Translations under genes and position numbers: made by a program
The notes under the pieces: model-generated
Told to the model about the DNA's origin: nothing
The model's input: only the letters and a program-made list of their open reading frames with translations
The model's database searches: none
Shown here: in pieces, positions 57,001 through 64,000 of the stretch
How the letters are laid out: every line of letters starts with the position of its first letter
Numbering within the stretch: position 1 is the first letter of the stretch
From: Octopus vulgaris
Lineage: Eukaryota
Direction: 5' to 3'
DNA length: 64,000 bases
NCBI GenBank assembly: GCA_951406725.2
Contig: OX597833.1
Span: 8,122,001 to 8,186,000, forward strand

Positions 57001-58050
57001 AGGCAGGAAGAAACTAAACAAACAGTGACAAACAGACATTTGTTTATTGTATTTAGGTTGGTTTCAGTCTGTGTAGTGTGGCCATGCTGGGGCAGTGCCT
57101 TCAAATGTTTTAGTCAATCATGTTAATGTCCCCAATTCAGGTAAAGATTAGATCAATGTTTGTTTATTGAACAGCAAAAAAAGGGAAAGAAAATTCTTCA
57201 GACTTAAGGGGCAGAATGCGGTGAGGTACGGTTTGTTCGATGCACCAACGCAACCCCTCCCACCACCCACCACCACCTTTACGCATGCATCTTGTTTAAA
57301 TCACTGAACTGTGGCCATGCTGGGGCACCACCTCAAAGAGTTTAGTCAAACAAATCGACACCCAGGACTTACTTTTTTTATTAAACCTGGCACTTATTCT
57401 ATCAGTCTCTTTTGCTGAAGCACTAAGCTATGGGGACATAAACAAACCAACACCAGTTGATAAATAGCGGAGGTAGACAATGGCACGTGAAACATTCGAG
57501 CAAGGTCGTCGCCAGTGCCATTGGACTGGCTCCTGTGCAGGTGACACGTAAAAAGCACCATTTGGGCATGGCCGTTGCCAGTACCACCAAACTGGCCCTC
57601 ATGCCGGTGGCATGTAAAAGCACCCACTACACTCTCAGAGTGGTTGGCGTTAGGAAGGGCATCCAGCTGTAAAAACTCTGCCAGATCAGATTGGAGTCTG
57701 GTTCGCCAGACCTCAGTCAAATCGTCCAACTCATGCTAGCATGGAAAGCGGACGTTAAAGCAAAGAAGATCCACTTTGTTAGTACTATTTTTCATTGAAT
57801 TGAATTAAATCAAATGTCCTTGTGCAGCCTTCACTAATTGTTTGTCTTTCCTCACTACTTTAACCTCTACTTACTGACTCAAAGAGAAGCCAGCATTGGC
57901 CATTTTTCGAACAAGACAATCACACAACCACAGCTTCAACCACTCTTCTAACCAGAATTTTGGTGGCCCACCTGTTTAAGCACTCTGAACACATACCTGT
58001 TAGTTGGAGTCACCCTGACGTAAACTCCTCATATCCTCTCTCTCTCTCTC

Positions 58051-58103
<53 letters not shown>

Positions 58104-58807
58104 GTCCTTGTATATTTTTGTTGGTCGTAATTATTCCTACCAGGATGTAATTCCTGACAAAGAATCAAATTTTTATTTCATGAAGAGTTTTTCATTTTTG
58201 TCTTTGGAATTAATCAGACTCCCAAATGATTTGTAGAATGTAGATTGGTTCTGTACCAACTTCGATTATGGAATTAAAGTTCGTCTACACCTACAACTTT
58301 TTCCTTTCTTTATACTTCATTTATATATATACACAGACACACGATAGGTTTATTTCAGTTTCCATCTACTTAATCCACTCACAAAACATTGGTCAGCCTG
58401 GGGCTACAGCAGAAGACACTAACCCAAGGTGCCATGCAGTGGGACTGAACCTGAAACCATGTGGTTGGGAAGCAAACTGCATACCACACACCCATGCCTG
58501 AACCTATATATGCATACATAACATAATATAAAGGGTGGGCCTCTGGGCAGTGGACCCTGTCTTTGTTCCATATGGGTAGTCAATGTGAAACTGTGAGAGG
58601 AGACACTTGCCTAAGGTATTGCTGAGTAGTGCAGTTGAAGTTGAAACTAGGAAAGTTGCAAAGTGACACTATAAACTATACATCCATGGTTGGAGAGGCG
58701 GGGGGGGGGCGACAGACGGATGGACAGACAGGTAGACAGCTAAACAGACAGATAGACAGATACACAAACAGACAGACAGAAGGATAGATAGACATACATA
58801 CATACAA

Positions 58808-58848
<41 letters not shown>

Positions 58849-59136
58849 TAGATAGATAGAGATAGATAGATAGACAGACAGATAGATAGAGAGAGAGAGA
58901 GAGAGAGAGGGGGGAAGAGAGACAGAGAAAGACATAGAGACAGTCGGAAGACAGACAGAAATGAGGTAGGGGGAAGGTAGAGGGGATGCAAGAACCATGT
59001 AATTAATGCAGTGAGAAGGTAGGAGATTAATTGGAGGTGGAAGAGTAAATGAGAGTTGAACAAGAGACAGGTGAACAAGAGACAGGTGAAAGGGTGAGTT
59101 GCACATGAGTGTGTGTGTGTGTGAGAGAGAGAGAGA

Positions 59137-59174
<38 letters not shown>

Positions 59175-59215
59175 ACAGGACTTACTTCACTGATTCGCTA
59201 TCGTAAAGTGGATGG
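6849..59215 (-). CDS. ZDHHC3-like: DHHC palmitoyltransferase, ZDHHC3/ZDHHC7-like, 5'-partial multi-exon gene
   Basis: Exons 52961-53120, 17383-17492, 15981-16042, 13567-13654, 12609-12681, 11275-11383 and 6849-6934 all have AG/GT borders with matching phases. They join to [235 protein letters not shown] cysteine-rich domain, DET..E and EVFG motifs are present. No TM1/start exon was found in the window. Subfamily assigned from recalled motifs, not a search. Confidence 0.95.
8070..8789. repeat. 16-bp minisatellite (tcaacagtcaccttgg) with higher-order structure
   Basis: About 45 units with recurring variant units. Confidence 0.95.
9104..9341. repeat. (GGT)n microsatellite, representative of many CA/TA/GA/AAT/GAT/TACA tracts (e.g. 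23017-23311, 33530-33945, 46370-46602, 61043-61490)
   Basis: Direct reading. Confidence 0.95.
9799..9906 (-). ncRNA. type-I hammerhead ribozyme motif with extended stem II
   Basis: Stem I aatcac/gtgatt; CTGAGGA 9900-9894; ~80-nt stem II domain; GAAAC-AATT-GTA (palindrome ACAATTGT). Confidence 0.7.
9909..10135. mobile_element. TTAA-targeting MITE (~225 bp); further copies 21813-22046, 41349-41579, 43906-44131, 48474-49351 (interrupted)
   Basis: TTAA-CCCTTTAG...CTAAAGGG-TTAA termini; shared internal ctctcacacctaccctacaatg. Confidence 0.85.
11275..11383 (-). CDS. ZDHHC exon (DETxxE, EVFG), 109 nt
   Basis: cccacccag|GTATCT...GGTCGAG|gtaaca; encodes [16 protein letters not shown]...QEVFGR. Confidence 0.93.
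12609..12681 (-). CDS. ZDHHC exon (TM4), 73 nt
   Basis: aatttgcag|ATTGCAT...GACCAG|gtaagt; encodes [24 protein letters not shown]. Confidence 0.93.
13567..13654 (-). CDS. ZDHHC exon (TM3), 88 nt
   Basis: cttctctgcag|GTTTGG...AAAATT|gtaagt; phases 1/2 fit both neighbours; absent from the ORF track. Confidence 0.92.
14943..15046 (+). ncRNA. type-I hammerhead ribozyme motif with extended stem II
   Basis: Stem I attctctgt/atggggaat (9 bp, 3 GU); CTGAAGA 14952-58; stem II ATTTCTGATAGGAA/TTCCTATTAG(T)AAAT with inner hairpin; GAAAC-ATGT-GTA 15026-37. Confidence 0.75.
15154..15564 (+). mobile_element. tRNA-derived CORE-type SINE, near full length; partial copies at about 408-565, 37347-37485, 48647-48860, 49146-49304, 58340-58505
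   Basis: A/B-box-like head (tggctgtgagg, ggttcagtccc), cttgggcaagt core and (gtaaaaga)n tail. Confidence 0.8.
15981..16042 (-). CDS. ZDHHC exon ([15 protein letters not shown]), 62 nt
   Basis: tttaacag|GATCAAC...ACAG|gtacgt; completes [14 protein letters not shown]. Confidence 0.97.
17383..17492 (-). CDS. ZDHHC exon (catalytic DHHC cysteine-rich domain), 110 nt
   Basis: ccatccag|AACAAC...CCTTG|gtcagt; encodes [30 protein letters not shown]. Confidence 0.97.
19213..20293 (+). mobile_element. decayed Tc1/mariner (maT/DD37D-like) transposon
   Basis: Imperfect TIRs gggtatttcaagaca / tgtcctcaaatacctc; remnants FPAAVVVF and [12 protein letters not shown] (PNSPDLNPLDF-like). Confidence 0.7.
29190..29490 (+). 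mobile_element. RTE-like LINE 3' fragment
   Basis: Degenerate C-terminal RTE motifs (VQERRL.WYG / VEG..GRGR...W-like remnants). Confidence 0.45.
32190..32417. mobile_element. second TTAA-MITE family; related interrupted copy 48411-49516
   Basis: ttaaccctttccttacc...gtaacaaaagggttaa termini. Confidence 0.8.
34500..34618 (-). rRNA. 5S rRNA: dispersed 5S rRNA gene or pseudogene (variant type)
   Basis: TTTACGGCCATATC...GTTCTCGTCCGATCACCGAAGTTAAGC...GTTAGTACTTAGATGGGTGACCGCTTGGGAAACCTAGGTGCTGTAAAC; about 119 nt, internal control region recognisable, T-rich terminator downstream. Confidence 0.95.
35357..36051 (-). mobile_element. mariner relic with long inverted ends
   Basis: Minus strand reads DEHSGRP...ITICELSE...[14 protein letters not shown]. 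The plus-strand left end carries a second transposase start ([18 protein letters not shown]). Termini are inverted copies. Confidence 0.8.
38190..38722 (+). mobile_element. Tc1-like transposase 3' fragment
   Basis: [11 protein letters not shown] (FQQDGAPxHT-like) and SPDFNP remnants. Confidence 0.55.
40148..40995 (+). mobile_element. decayed mariner transposon
   Basis: TA-flanked TIRs caaggtggtatcaaagtgttcccagattagtt / aactaatctgggaacctttaataccacctca; [14 protein letters not shown] motif. Confidence 0.9.
46605..46900. repeat. long inverted repeat (~100-bp arms)
   Basis: About 46605-46706 is the reverse complement of about 46798-46900, with few mismatches. Confidence 0.92.
46642..46746 (-). 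ncRNA. type-I hammerhead ribozyme motif with extended stems I and II
   Basis: Stem I aaattccttgtctttc/gagagtaaaggaattt (14 of 16 paired); CTGATGA 46730-46724; stem II Gatggcggcata/tatgcagccttC; GAAAC-ATGT-GTC. Confidence 0.75.
47282..47467. repeat. near-perfect ~185-bp palindrome (fold-back/MITE-like)
   Basis: gttgcttggcc...catatgaca / tgtcgtatg...ggccaagcaac. Confidence 0.92.
49997..50032 (-). ncRNA. minimal hammerhead motif in a Penelope-like terminal repeat; variant copies 50488-50523(-) and 37938-37973(+)
   Basis: CTTT-CTGACGA-A-GAGC-ATAG-GCTC-GAAAC-GTA-AAAG; the other two copies have CTGTCGA. Confidence 0.75.
52961..53120 (-). CDS. ZDHHC exon (TM2 + DPG motif), 160 nt
   Basis: ctggttacag|GTTATGG...TGTATG|gtaagt; encodes LWGAISVV...SDPGIVP...SPCM. 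Confidence 0.95.
55206..55960. repeat. 33/34-bp minisatellite (aaatattgtgactatgatgaggtgtgacaccac)
   Basis: About 22 head-to-tail units with no unique spacers. Confidence 0.95.
59186..59215 (-). CDS. candidate 30-nt microexon of the ZDHHC gene ([11 protein letters not shown])
   Basis: Reads ttttgtctttttttccag|CCATCCACTTTACGATAGCGAATCAGTGAA|gtaagt. Only the phase-2/2 frame is stop-free, and that is the phase required by the next exon at 53120. Confidence 0.75.
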
Positions 59216-59357
59216 CTGGAAAAAAAGACAAAAAAAGACAACAAAATTTGTAGGGCAAATAAAGCAGTTATTTTAATCAGAATAGAGTTTAATTAGAAAA
59301 TACTCAGAGTTGATTATCATTGAGTGTGAGTGCAGACTGAAATGAGAGAGAGAGAGG

Positions 59358-59396
<39 letters not shown>

Positions 59397-61040
59397 GTAT
59401 GTGGGGAGGGGTATTAACTGTCAGAGTTGGAATTTATAGAAGTGGGGGTGGGAGCAGGGTGGATAGTAAAGTGAGTGGAGACACAAACATGAATCGGTTG
59501 AGTGTGACTCATGGCAGAAATAGCAACAGAGGACACACAGACAGACTGGACCTGTTTGACCATCGGCTGGACATGGCTATGTAAACAGTCATCACACGGA
59601 AGAAGAAGAGGCAAGACTGTGTTGCTAAACAGTTTTGTCTCCCGTCACAGGGTTCCTGCTTCCACCTCTCTGCCTGATATCTTGGACAACAAGTGACATT
59701 TACCAAAATCTTGTAAGTCCGTTGGCCATTCCTGATTTGCATTGGTGGACAGAAACCCTTGAAAGGTCGAATGCCAATGCCTGGTTCGGATTCTTATGTC
59801 TCGCAAAACCCGGATAAGCTCCAATCTCATGATCCAGGTATGTTTGCATCTCCAGCGAAGTGCAGCCTGTTACAAGTATCTGTGACTAAATTCCTCACCA
59901 AACAAACAGAGTCATTACAGCAAGGGACAAAATACCTGCTGGTATTTGTTTCAAGTCTCTGAACTCCAAGTTCAAATTCCACCAAGATCAATTTAGCCTT
60001 CTGTTCTTTCTAGGTCGATAAAATAAAAAGTATCAATGCAAAGTTGCAGGGAAAGAAGTGGAACTGTAAGAACATGGGACCAGATACCTTGTGGTATTTA
60101 CTCTGATTCTTTGCATTCTGAGTTCAAATCCTATCATGACCACCCTGGTTGACAGACTTAATACTACCACCTGGTTTTTATTGCTAGCAGTCATGTCAAG
60201 TGTCTGATATAAGGGTACCTATCTACCACCCTCTCATCACCCTCACAGACCCCACAAAGGGCCACAAACATCATCTTCTCTCTTGAATAAAAGATAAAAT
60301 CATTTTTGAAAAAAAAACAGTTTCAGGGTCACTAGAAAAGGTCAAAGGTCACAGCTGTTGCTCCCCTCCCTCTCAACATTAATTCCTTTATGGGGACAAC
60401 GAAATAACTTTCTTCATTAAACACAGACACACAGACAGAGTGAAATGCAGTAAATTATGGCATCGTTATTATAGTTCAAGCATCACCTTACAGATCTTGA
60501 GGGTGTGTCACATACCCGAGTACAAACCCGAGTGAGTCATGAATGAAAGCTGATGCGCCCTTCCTTGCTGTTGCTGATGTATAACCCCAGGTCACTCCTG
60601 ATCCAGCAGGCTTATGATCAAAGGTGTTCCAATTGTGACCATCCAGTCTTTTACTGACATAGTGTATCTAGGACTGCATTATCTAATGTGCCTGTCCTTG
60701 TTTAGCCCTAGGTTAGCCTTGAACCAGTAAATATATGAACAAAGATATTCCAGTAATGACCATCCTGACTGTATATCTAGAGATGTGTGCTTCCTTTCTT
60801 AAGATAGAGGGGTGTTATTTCAGGGAGATTTGGCTGCTATTTTTAGCAGGTTGAGTGCCTCTGTAGAGAATTCCTCACAGGGCTTAAGAGACTAAGGATG
60901 TAATGAAAGCCACAGTTTCTACACGTTGTTGCAAAGACTACAGAATGTATGAGATCACAGTATGGGCTACAGTGCAACATGGGTGTGGTAGTCAAAGCTA
61001 GAGTAGAGTACAAAGCTACAGATCAGTGTGTAGCACAACC

Positions 61041-61084
<44 letters not shown>

Positions 61085-62093
61085 AGACACACACACACAC
61101 ACACACAACCCTACACACACACACACAAACATACACACAAACACACACACAAACACACACACACACAAACCTACACACACACACACAAACACACACACAA
61201 ACATACACACACACACACAAACCTACACACACACACACACAAACACACACACAAACATACACACACACACACAAACCTACACACACACAAACACACATAC
61301 ACACACACACATACACACAAACAAACACACACACACACAAACCTACACACACACACACACACACAAACCTACACACACACAAACACACACACACAAACAT
61401 ACACACATACACACACACATAAACACACACACACAAACATACTCACACAAACACACACAAACCTACACACACACACACACACACTCACACCTACACCTAT
61501 TACTACAAAGAGCGATTCACTGTAAACACTGAATCTGTTTAAATATTATGTTTCCATTCAGTTTCCACAACATTCCACAAAAACATGGCAGAAATTGAGT
61601 GTATATATTCTTCTTGTTTTTTTTGCTATATAATTTATTGCCCCCACCACCACCACCACCACCACCACCACCACCACCACCACCACCATCACTGACACTT
61701 GTTATTTTGTTGTTGTTGTTTAGTCCATATCATAATCATCATCATCATCATCTCTTCAATAAAACTTTGACTTGCATCAGACACCCTCCTTCCCACACAT
61801 ATTTCTGTCATTTCTGTCATTTCTGTCGTTTGTGTCATCAACAGTTGCAACAACAACAAAGTGGAGAGTTGGCAGAGTTGTTAGAGCACTTGATAAATTG
61901 CCCTGCAGTATTCATTCCAGCTTTCTTGGTTCTGAGTTCAAATTCCACCAAGGTCGACTTTGTCTTTCATCCTTTCAACATCGATAAAATGACATTACCA
62001 GTCAAGTACTGGCAGGGGTTGGATGTAATCGACTCCCCTGAAATTGCTGGCCTTGTGCCGACATTTGAAACCAATAATTCTGTTACTATTCTC

Positions 62094-62325
62094 AAGGCAG
62101 CAAGATGGCAGAATTGTTAGCAGACCAGGCAAAATGCTTAGCGATATTCCGTCTGCTGTTACGTTCTGAGTTCAAATTCCGCCGAGGTCGACTTTGCCTT
62201 TCCTCTTTCGGGGTCAATTAAATAAGTACCAGTTATGCACTGTGGTCGATATAATCGACTTAATCTGTTTGTCTGTCCTTGTTTGTCCCCTCTGTGTGTA
62301 GCCCCTTGTGGGCAGTAAAGAAATA
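62094..62325 (+). mobile_element. tRNA-derived SINE with Nin/Deu-like domain; copies at about 13925-14415(-), 23795-24018(-), 36820-37036(-), 48105-48340(-), 61860-62075(+)
   Basis: gagttcaaattcc B box followed by gcctttcatcctttcggggtcgataaa..aagtacc block, repeated at high identity. Confidence 0.8.
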
Positions 62326-63664
62326 GGTATTCCGTCTGTCTGTCTTTACATTCCGAGTTCAAATTTTGTTGAGGTCAGCTTTACTTTTAATCCTTTCAGA
62401 GTTGATAAAGTAAGTACCAGACAAGTACTTCAAACATAAAGTACCAATCAAGTACTTCAAAGCTCTCCTTTCAAACCTGCTGTACCTGTGCCAAAATTTG
62501 AAACCATTATTATTATTACTGTTCTTGTCTACCTTGGTTCCTTTACATGCATTCCACCACACCTGCAGTAATCTGATCCAGAGGGTGCATTGCATATCCG
62601 AATGCAAACTTGAGTGAGTCATAAATGAAGGCTGATCAAAAGTAACATTCTATGCAGGTGAGTCAAATTTTCTCTTTCTCGTTTCTCTTGCAGAAATACA
62701 GAAAGCGTCAAGAATGGAAGATTTCAAACTGACACAAAACACGAAAAGCTACAACAGGATAATAATGTATTGGAGACACCAACCACAGCAACTTAGAGAT
62801 GACCAGTTTCTTGAATGTGGGTGGGTCTTTTGTGTTGAGTGGAGAGCCACTAGATGGCGGGGGGGGGGGGGGCATCTGAGATCAAAACAAAGAACGTTCC
62901 CCATAGTCAGATCATCACAAGGACAGCTGACTTTGTCCAGCAGGTACAGGACATGATTATGTGCGGGCCCTTTCCAGTGGGTTAATGGGAGATGAGACCA
63001 GCAGGTGAAGGTGGTGAAGCCCACAATAAGATGTGTGATGCAACACAAGGGCATCGGGTAGCAGTCCTACATAATGGGGATAGAGAGGGGCCATGTGAGT
63101 GATTCGTGTTTGACAAGACCTGGGAGAACCTTGTGGTTATGTTGGCTTCCAAACTCTCCAGAGTTGAATACCCTGAACAAGTACATCTGAAGGATCATCA
63201 GGAATGGGGACCATTGCCGAAAACTTACTGGGGTTGCTATAATGAGCAACATGGGCAGGGGGCACCTATCCATGACAGGCGGTCACTCCTTTGGCTGTTG
63301 AGAGCAGTTCTGTACAATAACTGACCACTTCTTGTCAATGTATTGGGATGGGGTTTTTTTGCTGTTCAATGTCTTCAGTTTTTCCTAGTGTTTTGTGTTG
63401 GTCACAAATGCCCAATGCACTCTGGATGGCCATTTCTCTGTTTAGACAAAATTGAGATTTTTCTAAACACTTTCATTCCGGTGAAGCAAGTCGTTATCTT
63501 TACTGCTAGATCAGCTTTCATCAATATTTTCTAAAACTTAATGAAACAAACAAGTGGAAACTGTTGTTGAGCCAGCAGACTGAGGCGTGTAGAAGCAAGC
63601 AACGGCATTGATTACACAAGAACTAAAGTGTCACCTAAACTCATGATTATTTTGTTGTTTGTTC

Positions 63665-63962
63665 CTTCCTTCTCGAGCCATGCCTGGCTCATAAGGGCCG
63701 GTTTCCTGGTTTCTTGGCGTATAGGTTCCCCACCTGAATGGGATGCCGGTCCGTCTCAGGTGAGCTGCAAGATGCAGGAGGAAAGAATGAGAGAAAGTTG
63801 TGGGCGAAAGAGTCAGCAGACGTTCACCATTACCTTCTGCAGGAGCCACGTGGAGCTTAGGTGTTTCACTCATAAACACACACATCGCCCGGTCTGAGAT
63901 TCGAACCCGCAATCCCTCGACTGCGAGTCCGCTGCTCTAACCACTAGGCCATGTGCCTCCAC
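63665..63962 (-). mobile_element. tRNA-derived SINE; second copy 54125-54427(-)
   Basis: Head tggcctagtggttagagcagcggactcgcag...gggttcgaatc with A/B boxes; two highly similar copies. Confidence 0.85.
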
Positions 63963-64000
63963 AAACTCATGATTGTACGATTGCATGGCTGCCGGTCAGT

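Noticed and set aside
63880-63962. tRNA gene
   Set aside because: The tRNA-like head continues into a repeated SINE body (second copy at 54125-54427) and no acceptor stem closes
59216-64000. First coding exon or promoter of the ZDHHC gene
   Set aside because: No DPCG/TM1-like exon was found; it probably lies outside the window

Overview
Eukaryotic, AT-rich, microsatellite-dense DNA whose repeat landscape (tRNA-derived SINEs, TTAA-MITEs, Tc1/mariner relics, Penelope-like fragments) resembles an octopus/coleoid cephalopod genome (inference). Most of the window is one minus-strand gene: a ZDHHC3/7-like DHHC palmitoyltransferase. I could assemble 7 phase-compatible coding exons (53120 down to the stop at 6849) across a 35.5-kb intron, plus a candidate 30-nt frame-preserving microexon at 59186-59215. 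The first coding exon lies beyond the right edge. Nearly all ORFs in the supplied track are repeat artefacts. The most striking unexplained signal is a dense set of type-I hammerhead-ribozyme motifs: 4 with an intact catalytic consensus and about 10 decayed or partial. Several carry an unusually long (50-85 nt) structured stem II, several sit in long inverted repeats, and three intact ones are sense to the ZDHHC pre-mRNA. Also present are a tandemly duplicated 3' splice-site module predicted to give a truncated isoform, a dispersed 5S rRNA variant inserted in a SINE, nested MITE/SINE insertions and two minisatellites. All structures were folded by eye; nothing was computed or searched.
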